A stretch of DNA of 24,000 nucleotides from Clostridium zeae. GTDB taxonomy: Bacteria > Bacillota > Clostridia > Clostridiales > Clostridiaceae. Shown here piece by piece: positions 1 to 9,245 of this stretch; position 1 is the stretch's first letter; every line of letters starts with the position of its first letter. Location of the stretch: NCBI RefSeq assembly GCF_017312485.1, contig NZ_BMBA01000001.1, positions 672,396-696,395 of the forward strand, read 5' to 3'. The notes beneath the pieces are model-generated. The model saw only the letters and a program-made list of their open reading frames with translations. It was not told the DNA's origin and did not search any database. Made by a program: the position numbers and the translations under genes.

Positions 1-266
1 CACATTAATTGATTTTTATATTTATCTGTTAAACATGCCATTCTATGATAAAAAGCCATAGCATCCTTATCATAATTAATAAACTTCTTATTGAGGTTTC
101 TAATAATCTTCACCTCAATAACCTTTTTGTTCTCCAATTTCAACAGAACAATACGCTACAATTCCTTCAAATTCACTTCTAAAAACTTCAGATTTCTCAA
201 GATCAAATTCATTTTGTCTTTAACGTATTTTTTCTACTCTTAATCTAAAATATCTTTTGAGGTCCA
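1..266 (-). pseudogene. Possible decayed ORF remnant (unknown family) running off the left edge
   Basis: The minus-strand translation is protein-like but broken. It reads MDLKRYFRLRVEKIR*RQNEFDLEKSEVFRSEFEGIVAYCSVEIGEQKGY*. One frame over, at the homopolymer run 124-128, it reads VIEVKIIRNLNKKFINYDKDAMAFYHRMACLTDKYKNQLM and stays open to base 1. That is one in-frame TAA plus one apparent frameshift, and the ORF track has no ORF here. Alternatively a short intact CDS could start at GTG 113 and leave the window. Confidence 0.2.
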
Positions 267-336
267 TGTGTATAACAGCTATTAGAAACAATGCTACATA
301 TTAAACTTTATTTCACTAAAATATGCCATTCCATCT

Positions 337-1965
337 TTAACATATATGTATGTTGATATACTTTGCAAAATACTCTCTTAAATTATCATCACAGACATAT
401 ACATATGTCCCTTTTATACCACGAGTGAGGAGCACTGCATATGTATTAAGTATGTACTTCCTTAACTCTTCATCTGTTGCACCATTTTTTACTTTACTAT
501 CAAAAAAATTACCTCTATCTACACTTATTGTATTATTAGTCTTATCAAAAAACAGGTCTGGGCCGATCACAACTCCTGTATAATTTAGATCAAGTCCTGG
601 TAATGTATAAATACTCCCCATCTCTCTTTTAGCATCTTGATTACTTAACCAACCGCTCGTCTGACTATTCCATTTAATATTAATACCTTCAATGCTTATA
701 TCCGTAGATGTATTATCTTCTCTTCCTTTCCACTCCCAAGCATATCCTGTACAAAGCCTACATAGTCCAACATCATTTTCCTTTTCTTCAAGAAGCTTAA
801 CCATATCAGAAAATGATGTAAAGAGTTTAAACTCGTAGTCATTAAAGGACTTTACTTCATTTGCTCTTTGATATAATAGGTTATAAATATAAGGCACAAA
901 ACTACTTCCAGCTCCAATTCTCATTTGTTCATCAAGTTTTATGGGACGAATCCCCCTTTTATTATTCTTCAATCTTTCTATAAAAAGTTCGCATGTTATA
1001 TCAGAAGGGCATGTACTTTGTTTCTCATCAAAGAATAAGATTTGGCAGTCTGAATTATTCAAGATCCAATCTAATTCATCATGATTATTATCAAGTTCTA
1101 ATCTTTCATTACCTATTTTAAAGTTTACATAGTATTTCCCTAGATTTTTTCCACGCCTTAGTCTCTGCGCTTCATCACAGATAATAATGTCATAATGTTG
1201 TTTAGTGACTGCAATTGGACTAATAATATCTTTTTTACTAAGTCCTTTGGTATTCTTGAAAACTTCTTGCATTTCGCTACGAGTAGAAGAATTTGCGTAT
1301 ACTAACCCTATTTTTTTATCTCTATATCGTTGATTACTCTTTAAATAATAAAACAATGAAGTCGCCACGACTGTTTTTCCAGTACCCGCATCACCTTTTA
1401 TTAATATTGGTCTTGTTTTATAGTTCTCCATATGAGGTAATGTCTCACCTGAATCTATAGTATTTACAATACTTGTTAATGTTTTTTGTTGCGCTTCTGT
1501 TAAGACAGTATACGGAGAGTATTTATAAGTACTTGAGTTAATGATAAGCTCAAATTCTTTAGTCTTTGCTAGTCCATTTTCCACTAATTTGCCCCATAAC
1601 TTATCAAACTCCAATTCAAATTCATTTTTTCTGTAATAATGTGGTTTTTCGCCATCATTTCTATTTACAATATTAAACCTCTGATCTACTTTCATCAGTT
1701 TTATTAATAAATTTTCATAATGTTTTGCTGGTGTCTCTTCTGCTAACAGCCCAGTAATTATATGAACCTTATTAAAATTATATTTCTTATTTTTGTTATC
1801 TTTTGAATCACTGTTATGTTCCTTTACTCTTCTGATTGGATTGTTGGTTTCACCAATATATGCATCCTTTCCATTTTCTAATATGTAGACACAGTGATAC
1901 TCATATGAAATACCTAAATCATCGATGTTTTTATCAGAATAATCATAAGTCTCTATTTTAAACAT
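337..1965 (-). CDS. GIY-YIG nuclease domain fused to a DUF2075 / Schlafen-group-III-like P-loop ATPase (putative nuclease-helicase)
   Basis: 542-aa ORF with AGGAGG just upstream of the ATG. The N-terminus has a GIY-YIG pattern (HCVYILENGKDAYIGETNNPIRRVKEHN). It is followed by Walker A GDAGTGKT, Walker B IIICDEAQRL and a C-terminal LLTRGIKG motif-VI-like block, as in DUF2075-type SF1-like ATPases. Confidence 0.8.
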   Translation of the reverse strand: MFKIETYDYSDKNIDDLGISYEYHCVYILENGKDAYIGETNNPIRRVKEHNSDSKDNKNKKYNFNKVHIITGLLAEETPAKHYENLLIKLMKVDQRFNIVNRNDGEKPHYYRKNEFELEFDKLWGKLVENGLAKTKEFELIINSSTYKYSPYTVLTEAQQKTLTSIVNTIDSGETLPHMENYKTRPILIKGDAGTGKTVVATSLFYYLKSNQRYRDKKIGLVYANSSTRSEMQEVFKNTKGLSKKDIISPIAVTKQHYDIIICDEAQRLRRGKNLGKYYVNFKIGNERLELDNNHDELDWILNNSDCQILFFDEKQSTCPSDITCELFIERLKNNKRGIRPIKLDEQMRIGAGSSFVPYIYNLLYQRANEVKSFNDYEFKLFTSFSDMVKLLEEKENDVGLCRLCTGYAWEWKGREDNTSTDISIEGINIKWNSQTSGWLSNQDAKREMGSIYTLPGLDLNYTGVVIGPDLFFDKTNNTISVDRGNFFDSKVKNGATDEELRKYILNTYAVLLTRGIKGTYVYVCDDNLREYFAKYINIHIC

Positions 1966-2065
1966 ATTTCCTCCTATATACCATGTTTACACTTTTACTT
2001 GCACTCTATTTATAATTGATCAAGCTTTATATCTTTCCATAATTAATTTAATAAGCAATATAGAT

Positions 2066-3427
2066 TTATTCCAAAATAGATTTCATAAAGTTATTTAAAA
2101 CCCATAGTGAATTTTGATCAGAATAATTATAAAGCTGATTGATTGTCTCTTGAGGTATTTCTACTTTTCTATTATGCCAAGTATTAGTCGCTTTCCAGCT
2201 ATATCCGAGATATAGTAGATTGTTTTTTTTACTCACGTGATACAGAACTTCATTTAATACTTCTGCAATCATTCTAAATAATATCGGAGACATTTTTTTA
2301 TATTCATAATTGATAACAACGTCCAGTAGAATTGTTAAGCAATCATGGCATTTATCAAAATTAATATATGTAGTCGTCTGTCTAACTTTATTTATACATC
2401 TTGTAAGAAATTCAATATATGAATAAATCATGTGATACTCAAAGTCTGATGCTTGCTTAAGTAAATCTATTCTGAATTTTTGTTCATTCATAAACCTATC
2501 TACTAATTCTGGATCATCGATTTCTAATTTTCCAATAAGTTCATTTAAATCCTTTACCTTAATATCATATTCTTTTTTCCTTTCTAATAAATTTGTATTT
2601 AATTCCTCCAGAAATTTTTTTAAATCGCTAATTTCAATTATTATGTTTCCATTCTCATCTATGTATGGATCATCTTTAGGATTAGAGGTCCAAACAGCTT
2701 GTATAATCTCATATGGATACTCATTTTCTATTGTATAAATATTTTTTGACCAATCTAATGCAGAAAGAACATTCATATCTCCTAAACTATAACCAAGAAC
2801 TAAAGTTGTAGATTCTCTAATAGTCATCGCCAGCTTTGATTGTCTGTATTCATTAGGTCTAAAAAGTGGTATATAATCATCTTGAGTAATTATTATAGAA
2901 TCACAGTCTAATCTCGTACCATGAATATGATAGATAGGTATTACATTTCTTGGAGCTGATAAATAATTAGATGGACCTAAGCTCTTGCTTATTCCAGTAA
3001 GAATTGATTCCAAAACTAAATCATAGTTTGTAGTGACAATCCAATCTGGCTTGATATTATCAAATATATTTCTAAAAAATTTTATGTTATCTTCATCAGG
3101 CAGCCAGCTACTCAAGTCACAAATAGTACTCTTAAATTTACTTTTAGCTTCTTCATAGCTAATTTTTTCTACTTTGGATAATTGCTTACATAATACTGTT
3201 GACAATTCAGGTAATGAAATTCCTATTAATTTTTCACCCTCAGGGAACTCAAGACTTAATTTTTCACTAGTCTCCTTAATTAATTCAAACCAATTCAATG
3301 CTGGTTGAATTACATCACCTATAGCAGCCTTAGAAAAACCAGCTCCAACAAACATTCCTAAATTACCATAATTATATGAATTAAATAGTTTTTCAAGCAC
3401 CATTTCTTTAGTTAAACTCTCACTCAT
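2066..3427 (-). CDS. SIR2_2-family (defence-type sirtuin-like, putative NADase) protein with a helical C-terminal domain
   Basis: Signature blocks GAGFS (GAGxS), TTNYD, HIHG and GYSLGDMNV appear in the order seen in ThsA/DSR-type SIR2 domains. The C-terminal ~170 aa are helical with no recognisable SLOG, TIR or STAND. I moved the start from the ORF-track 3457 to ATG 3427 (MSESLTKE...), which has a GGGGAG RBS 5 nt upstream. Confidence 0.85.
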   Translation of the reverse strand: MSESLTKEMVLEKLFNSYNYGNLGMFVGAGFSKAAIGDVIQPALNWFELIKETSEKLSLEFPEGEKLIGISLPELSTVLCKQLSKVEKISYEEAKSKFKSTICDLSSWLPDEDNIKFFRNIFDNIKPDWIVTTNYDLVLESILTGISKSLGPSNYLSAPRNVIPIYHIHGTRLDCDSIIITQDDYIPLFRPNEYRQSKLAMTIRESTTLVLGYSLGDMNVLSALDWSKNIYTIENEYPYEIIQAVWTSNPKDDPYIDENGNIIIEISDLKKFLEELNTNLLERKKEYDIKVKDLNELIGKLEIDDPELVDRFMNEQKFRIDLLKQASDFEYHMIYSYIEFLTRCINKVRQTTTYINFDKCHDCLTILLDVVINYEYKKMSPILFRMIAEVLNEVLYHVSKKNNLLYLGYSWKATNTWHNRKVEIPQETINQLYNYSDQNSLWVLNNFMKSILE

Positions 3428-3517
3428 TCTGACTCCCCTTTCTTTTACCATACACATAATATTAAAATAGAGTTAATTATCTAATAGATTACTTCCTTTT
3501 CAACGAATAATATATTT

Positions 3518-4432
3518 CTACTCAAACCTTAATGCCAAATGTTTTAGATTCGCAATATTCACTTGTAATGATTCCACCTTTTTACCATTATGCTCGTATG
3601 TACTTGGTTCAGGGTAAACTCCTACGAAATAGCAAAATACTTTCTTATCCTTATTATTTATTATGTATTCCATATCTTCTCTGAATATTTTTCTTTTCCC
3701 ATATCTATCAATAAGCTCGCTGCTTATATATATCGAAACTGGCATATATTTTTCAACCCAAACTTTATCTTTGAAAAAGATTTTATAGTTATCTCCATAT
3801 TTTTTTACCAAGCCTACTTGCCCATAGTATACAAGTCCTTTTTCATCATAGAAGTATTTTATATTCTTAAACATTTTATAAAACTTTTTAGTTTTATCAC
3901 CCAGTGTAAAATCCATATTCTCTAATATTTCTTTGTTTCCATTTTCATAACAATCAACTATATGTTCAAAAGACTTAGTTCCAAATTTAGTCCATTCACT
4001 TGTACTTCCATCTCCATGTGTCGAAGGATTTTTTATTTCTTCATCTATTTCTTCATCAGTCCACGGTGTAGTAATTTTATTTTTAGACTTACCTTTATTA
4101 TCAACTAATATAAGTTCTGAAGGATATCTTGTCATCTTAAAAGGGTCATCTTCACCAGTTTTTGTACCACTTTTCCCTGCTTCTTCTCCTTTATAGGTTA
4201 AGCATGTGTGATCTTTAACAGACTTTGCTCTAAAATGAATAGCTCTCTTTGATCTTCTTTGTATGTATACTCCTACTGGTACCAACTCTGCTCTACAATC
4301 TTTATCTACGCATTTAAAAGATAAATCTTTCTTCATGTAGCGTTCGCTATCTTCATCAAAGTATATTTCTCGAACTTCATACGGTGTAACTGCTCTACCC
4401 AAGTTTTCACAAAATGCTTTTTCGAAGCTCAT
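3518..4432 (-). CDS. Hypothetical protein with an N-terminal Cys/His zinc-ribbon-like motif and an unassigned C-terminal domain
   Basis: 304-aa ORF from ATG 4432 (GTG at 4435 is also possible), with a GGAG RBS at 4441-4444. The N-terminal pattern FKCVDKDCRAELVPVGV...AIHFRAKSVKDHTC (CxxC...HF...HxC) resembles CoiA-type Zn ribbons. It is followed by a Gly/Lys/Asp/Glu-rich linker and a ~150-aa domain with no motif I recognise. Confidence 0.7.
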   Translation of the reverse strand: MSFEKAFCENLGRAVTPYEVREIYFDEDSERYMKKDLSFKCVDKDCRAELVPVGVYIQRRSKRAIHFRAKSVKDHTCLTYKGEEAGKSGTKTGEDDPFKMTRYPSELILVDNKGKSKNKITTPWTDEEIDEEIKNPSTHGDGSTSEWTKFGTKSFEHIVDCYENGNKEILENMDFTLGDKTKKFYKMFKNIKYFYDEKGLVYYGQVGLVKKYGDNYKIFFKDKVWVEKYMPVSIYISSELIDRYGKRKIFREDMEYIINNKDKKVFCYFVGVYPEPSTYEHNGKKVESLQVNIANLKHLALRFE

Positions 4433-4459
4433 CACTTCATCTCCTTCTACCGCAGTTTA

Positions 4460-4488
4460 CATATACTTATATAGACTATTACTTTCAA
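4460..4488 (-). promoter_or_regulatory. Putative sigma-A-type promoter for the Zn-ribbon/SIR2 cassette
   Basis: The minus strand reads TTGAAA (4488-4483), a 17-nt spacer, then TATATG (4465-4460), about 15 nt upstream of the GGAG RBS. The -10 is imperfect. Confidence 0.35.
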
Positions 4489-4537
4489 GTAAAAACTGAT
4501 TCTCTAATTTATGCTATTTTAATTTCTAAATAGTTTT

Positions 4538-4576
4538 GCTTTAAAGCTGGTTATATTTTATCAACAGCTTTAAAGC
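4538..4576. repeat. Perfect 12-bp inverted repeat (two copies of the self-palindrome GCTTTAAAGC); probable end-of-operon hairpin after hsdR and/or a protein-binding site
   Basis: GCTTTAAAGCTG (4538-4549) and CAGCTTTAAAGC (4565-4576) are exact reverse complements separated by a 15-nt loop. The repeat lies 65 nt downstream of the hsdR stop. No U-tract follows on the minus strand, so it is not a canonical intrinsic terminator. Confidence 0.5.
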
Positions 4577-4640
4577 ATTAGCTTATTTAGATGTTTCAAT
4601 GTAGTCTATCTGTAAATACTACTAATTTTTGCATAAATTT

Positions 4641-7600
4641 TTATATGTTGTATTCTTTTCCCTTTTCAGCAACCCTGTCAGCTGTTATTTCATCTAAGTC
4701 AACATTTCCACACATAAGCTCTGCTTGTCTCATTACTGTTTCTAATGCATGTTTTGCATGTTCTGGTGGATAGTTGTATTTTTTTAATAACCGCTTGATT
4801 ATTTTTCTCATACCAGCCTGAGCACTCTTTCTTACACTCCAATCTATAGTTATATTATTTCTTATAGATAGTGTTAGCTCATGAGCAATTTTCTTTAGTG
4901 TATCATCATCCATAAATTCTTTAATTATGTTATCTTCTGTTAATGCATCATAGAAGGCAATTTCGTCTTCATTAAGACCTAAATCTTTTTCTTTGTCTTT
5001 CATGTTTTTTATTTCTTGAGCCATTCTCATTAGTTCTTCTATAACTTCTGCATTAGTTATTGCTTGATTTCTATATTTATTTAAGGCTTTCTTTAGTTTT
5101 TCTGAGAACTTTTCTGACTTTACAAGGTTTTTCTTTTCCATTGCCTTTAGATTACCTTCAAGTAGCTTCTTTAACATTTCAACAGCTAAATTCTTGTGTT
5201 TCATGGTTCTTACTTCTTCTAAGAATTCTTCTGAAAGTATTGATATCTCAGGCTTGCTTATTCCCATTACATCAAATACATCTATAACATCCTCTGATAT
5301 AATTGATCTTTCAAGCATTTGATTAACTCTTGCTTCAATTTCTTTTTTAGTCTTTTTAGCTACACCTTTTGTATCTAATTTTGTAAGACTTGCTTTCACT
5401 GCTTTAAAATAGCTGACCTCTAAAGCTGCATCTTTCCCCTCATCAGTAGCTGCACATAAGGAGTGGGCTTTAGCAAGTTCTGTTGCAAATAGTTTAAAGT
5501 CTTTCTGTTCTTTTTCTTCCATACCTAGTATAAAGTTCATTCCACTGGTAATTGCTCTTATTCTAGCCGCTTGTGATATTCCCATATAAGCTGAGTAATC
5601 TAGCCCGTGAACCATATCTTGAAGTATTTCAAGTTTTTCAAGCATAACAGCTATTGCTGCAGATGTATCTATACCAGTATTCTGCTTATCGCTATCGGTA
5701 TACTCGTTTAGAGCTTTTTTCAAGCTTTCAAGAATTCCTAGATAGTCAACTACTACTCCTCCAGATTTATCTTTGAAGACTCTATTAACTCTTGCAATAG
5801 CCTGCATTAGGTTATGTCCTTGCATCGGCTTGTCTATATACATAGTATGCATAGAAGGAACATCAAAACCTGTGAGCCACATATCTCTAACTATTACTAT
5901 CTTTAAATCATCTTTATTATCTTTCATCCTTTTTGCTAGAGTATCTCTTCTTTGTTTGCCGCCTATATGTTTTTGTAATTTCTCATTTTTTTCACCAGCA
6001 GAACCTGTGATTACTACCTTTATCTTCCCTTTTTCTACATCATCACTATGCCAATCTGGTCTAAGCTTAACTATTTCATCATATAAATCAGCTGCTATTC
6101 TTCTACTCATGCATACAATCATAGCTTTACCATCAATAGTCTTTGCTTTTTCTTCATAGTGAGTAACTACATCCTGTGCCAACTTTTTCAATCTATTAGG
6201 TGAACCTATTACCGCTTCTAGTCTTGACCATTTTGACTTATATTTTTCTTTATCAAAGATTTCTTGACCTTCTGTTATTTCATCAAACTCTTCATCTATA
6301 TTTTTAAGTTCTTCTTCATCTGTCTCTAACTTTATAATTCTATTTTCATAATATATTTTTACAGTAGCTTCATCCTCAACTGCTCTAGTCATATCATAAA
6401 TATCTATATATTGTCCAAAAACTGCAGGAGTAGACTTGTCTTCTGATTCTATTGGCGTTCCTGTAAAACCTATGAAAGAAGCATTAGGCAGTGCATCCCT
6501 TAGGTATTTTGCGTAACCATATTTAACTTCTCCAGTTTTAACATCAGTTTTTGCTTCTAATCCATACTGACTTCTATGTGCTTCGTCAGCAATTATAATT
6601 ACATTTCTTCTGTCGGTTAAAACTGGCATTTCACCATTTTCAGGCTTAAATTTTTGTATAGTTGTAAAAATAATTCCTCCAGATTGTCTTTCATTCAATA
6701 AGTCAAACAATCCGTTTATTTCTTTTGAATTATCTTTAGCTTTAATATTAGTTTTTTTCTGCTCATCTGTTAGTTTTCTTACATTTGCTTGTTTGGGAGT
6801 TTCTCTTAAAATGCCTATAGAATTAGCAAAGGTTCCAAACAACTGGTCATCTAGATCATTTCTATCTGTTAATATTACTAAAGTTGGGTTATTAAGATTT
6901 TTTACGATTTGTCCAGCATAAAAAAGCATTGAAAAACTCTTTCCTGAACCTTGAGTATGCCAAATTACCCCTGCCTTCCTATCTCCATCTTCACTGCTTG
7001 CAAGCCTAGTCTTTTCAACTGCTTTCTTTACTGCAAAGTACTGATGGTATCCAGCTAGTATTTTTATTAGAATCTCATGATCACCAATTTTATTTCCTTC
7101 TGAATCATAATCATCCTTTTTCGATTTATGAAATAACAAAAAGTTCTCCACAATATCCAAAAATCTGTCCTTTTGAAGCATTCCTCTAAGCATTACTTCA
7201 TATTGAGGTAGATCTAATGAAGTAACATTAATTCCATCAATACTTCTCCAATTCATAAATCGCTCTTGATTTGAAGTAATAGTTCCAGCCTTGGCGTTTA
7301 TTCCATCTGATAGAATGCAGAAAGCATTGTAATTGAAAAGACTTGTAATATCTTGCTTATAGGTCTGTATTTGATAATAAGCATTTTCAATCCCTACATT
7401 TTCATCAGTAGCTGATTTTAGCTCAATTACTACTAACGGAATACCATTAACAAATATAATTAAATCAGGTCTTCTCTCTTCATTTTCAATTATAGTAAAT
7501 TGATTAACTACTAAAAAATCATTGTTTTTAGGATTTTTAAAGTCAATTATATATGCCTTTTCTGTTTTAGGCTGCCCATCTTTTCTAAAAGATACATCTA

Positions 7601-7898
7601 TACCTTCAATTAAAAGCTTATGAAATTCCTTATTGTTTTCTTCTAATATCGGACTGTTAAAGGTAATTATTTTTCTATAAGCCTCATCTAATGCATCCTG
7701 TGGTAAATCTCTATTTATAGTAAACAAAGCATCTTTAACTCTTTGCTCTAAGATACAATCCCTATAGTTTTTTCTCTCTGGATATTCTCCACCATAGCTA
7801 ATATCTGGACCAAAAGCATAGTTATATCCCATTTCTTGAAGTATCTCAATAGCTGCTTCTTCTAATAAATCCTCTGTAAAATTCTCAAGTAAACTCAA
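4641..7898 (-). CDS. hsdR: Type I restriction enzyme R subunit
   Basis: 1085 aa. N-terminal PD-(D/E)xK ([20 protein letters not shown]). SF2 motor motifs [24 protein letters not shown] and [11 protein letters not shown] start with an AAAGGGGGA RBS. It is the last gene of the hsdM...hsdS-hsdR array. Confidence 0.95.
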   Translation of the reverse strand: MSLLENFTEDLLEEAAIEILQEMGYNYAFGPDISYGGEYPERKNYRDCILEQRVKDALFTINRDLPQDALDEAYRKIITFNSPILEENNKEFHKLLIEGIDVSFRKDGQPKTEKAYIIDFKNPKNNDFLVVNQFTIIENEERRPDLIIFVNGIPLVVIELKSATDENVGIENAYYQIQTYKQDITSLFNYNAFCILSDGINAKAGTITSNQERFMNWRSIDGINVTSLDLPQYEVMLRGMLQKDRFLDIVENFLLFHKSKKDDYDSEGNKIGDHEILIKILAGYHQYFAVKKAVEKTRLASSEDGDRKAGVIWHTQGSGKSFSMLFYAGQIVKNLNNPTLVILTDRNDLDDQLFGTFANSIGILRETPKQANVRKLTDEQKKTNIKAKDNSKEINGLFDLLNERQSGGIIFTTIQKFKPENGEMPVLTDRRNVIIIADEAHRSQYGLEAKTDVKTGEVKYGYAKYLRDALPNASFIGFTGTPIESEDKSTPAVFGQYIDIYDMTRAVEDEATVKIYYENRIIKLETDEEELKNIDEEFDEITEGQEIFDKEKYKSKWSRLEAVIGSPNRLKKLAQDVVTHYEEKAKTIDGKAMIVCMSRRIAADLYDEIVKLRPDWHSDDVEKGKIKVVITGSAGEKNEKLQKHIGGKQRRDTLAKRMKDNKDDLKIVIVRDMWLTGFDVPSMHTMYIDKPMQGHNLMQAIARVNRVFKDKSGGVVVDYLGILESLKKALNEYTDSDKQNTGIDTSAAIAVMLEKLEILQDMVHGLDYSAYMGISQAARIRAITSGMNFILGMEEKEQKDFKLFATELAKAHSLCAATDEGKDAALEVSYFKAVKASLTKLDTKGVAKKTKKEIEARVNQMLERSIISEDVIDVFDVMGISKPEISILSEEFLEEVRTMKHKNLAVEMLKKLLEGNLKAMEKKNLVKSEKFSEKLKKALNKYRNQAITNAEVIEELMRMAQEIKNMKDKEKDLGLNEDEIAFYDALTEDNIIKEFMDDDTLKKIAHELTLSIRNNITIDWSVRKSAQAGMRKIIKRLLKKYNYPPEHAKHALETVMRQAELMCGNVDLDEITADRVAEKGKEYNI

Positions 7899-7924
7899 AA
7901 TGCATCCCCCTTTAATACGAGTTA

Positions 7925-9214
7925 TTAACTTTCACTAACTTCCACTGGCACTCTTATTTCGCCTGACATAAGTTTTGGTAGTAATAAATCTCTTAATTTT
8001 GCTAGTCTTGTGATCTCTTTATTAAGACTTGATATTTCTTCGAAAAGGCTTTCTCCTATTCGATCAAATTTATCGTAAATTGCATTTGGCGCTTGCACTA
8101 TTTTATAGCCTTTTAATAAATCCAATTGAACCCTTTGCCTTCCCGAACTACCACTCATACTTTTTATAGCATGTGCTCTAAAGTTTTCTTCTCTGGCTAG
8201 ACAATATATATATACTTTTTTATTTTTTTCCTTTCCTCTCATCACAATAAACTCTGTTGAACCAACAGCAACTTCTTTTTCTTCAAGGATGCTAATATAA
8301 GCAGTTTTTCCATTTTCTAAACAAGGTGTAATCCTTGCAAGTAGTGTATCACCATTTCTGAATTTGCTTCCACTGTTTAATTTTCTTAACTCCCAATACT
8401 TGATATTAGATGTATTGTTATCTATAGCAGCCATTTCAACGAATTTATATTCATTATCTTTTTTTAAAACTTCCTTTGGATTGAAGTAAATAATCTCTTC
8501 CAATTTACTTACTTCCCATCCCTTTGGAATCATCCCCAACTCACTCTCAATCATTTCTCCACCACTAGATTTATAAGGCTCCCCATCTTCATTAGGAAAC
8601 TCAAAATCAACAAACCATTGTTTAAAAATAGCTTGAGCCATTTTTTCTAGCTTTTTATTGATTTTGTTGTTTGTATCTATTTTTTCATCTATAGTTACAA
8701 GAATACTCGATATAGCTTTTTGCTCTTTTATAGGAGGTATTGTTATTAAAACCTTTCTAAACTCAGATTGTTTTATTCCTGATACAGTTGTTCCTGATGC
8801 TCTTATATTTAACTGATGTTGGCCTATTGGCGACTTCAAGTAATACATTAAATAGTCATTTTCTAGATAATTGGACTTTCCTCTTAATGTAAGCAATCTC
8901 TGTGCGATGGCAATACCATCTTTATCCAATCTTGCAACTAACCCTAGAGGAGCTTCTGTAGTCATAAGTATATCACCTCTTTTAGGGATTCCTCTTACCA
9001 TAAAGTTTGTATATGTTTCTTCTGATATATGATAAGCTAGATCATAGTCTATATATCCATCTTTAACACTTTTTGCGCTAAGAGTTTTTATTCCTTTATC
9101 AGATTTTCCAGGAGTTTTTCCCCTATAATCTATTATAGAACACAATGAATTTTCCATAGTATCTATGGTCCATTCATCAGGGAATATTCCTAACTCTGTT
9201 TCTCTAATCCCCAT
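7925..9214 (-). CDS. hsdS: Type I restriction-modification specificity subunit
   Basis: 429 aa with two target-recognition halves. The halves begin [12 protein letters not shown] and [13 protein letters not shown]. They are separated by a conserved central helix ([21 protein letters not shown]), and the protein ends with the conserved C-terminal helix [16 protein letters not shown]. Confidence 0.9.
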   Translation of the reverse strand: MGIRETELGIFPDEWTIDTMENSLCSIIDYRGKTPGKSDKGIKTLSAKSVKDGYIDYDLAYHISEETYTNFMVRGIPKRGDILMTTEAPLGLVARLDKDGIAIAQRLLTLRGKSNYLENDYLMYYLKSPIGQHQLNIRASGTTVSGIKQSEFRKVLITIPPIKEQKAISSILVTIDEKIDTNNKINKKLEKMAQAIFKQWFVDFEFPNEDGEPYKSSGGEMIESELGMIPKGWEVSKLEEIIYFNPKEVLKKDNEYKFVEMAAIDNNTSNIKYWELRKLNSGSKFRNGDTLLARITPCLENGKTAYISILEEKEVAVGSTEFIVMRGKEKNKKVYIYCLAREENFRAHAIKSMSGSSGRQRVQLDLLKGYKIVQAPNAIYDKFDRIGESLFEEISSLNKEITRLAKLRDLLLPKLMSGEIRVPVEVSES

Positions 9215-9245
9215 GCCTAATCACTCCAATCCTAACTTAATTTTA

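Noticed and set aside
91-118. Inverted repeat TTGAGGT...ACCTCAA as the terminator of the GIY-YIG/DUF2075 gene
   Set aside because: The stem is only 7 bp, it lies ~220 nt beyond the stop codon, it has no adjacent T-tract, and it sits inside the protein-like remnant.
2223-2230. T8 (A8 on the coding strand) homopolymer inside the SIR2 gene as a phase-variation switch
   Set aside because: Short A/T runs are common throughout this AT-rich window (for example inside hsdS around 8216-8229). The reading frame is intact and nothing else suggests slippage control.
2066-3427. Calling the SIR2 protein Thoeris ThsA, or DSR1/DSR2
   Set aside because: There is no SLOG domain and no TIR (ThsB) gene nearby. 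The protein is less than half the length of DSR proteins. No HerA, Ago or STAND partner is present. Only the SIR2_2 core is shared.
7925-9214. hsdS shufflon or phase-variable specificity
   Set aside because: Only one hsdS gene is present. There are no silent hsdS fragments, no flanking inverted repeats and no site-specific recombinase in the window.
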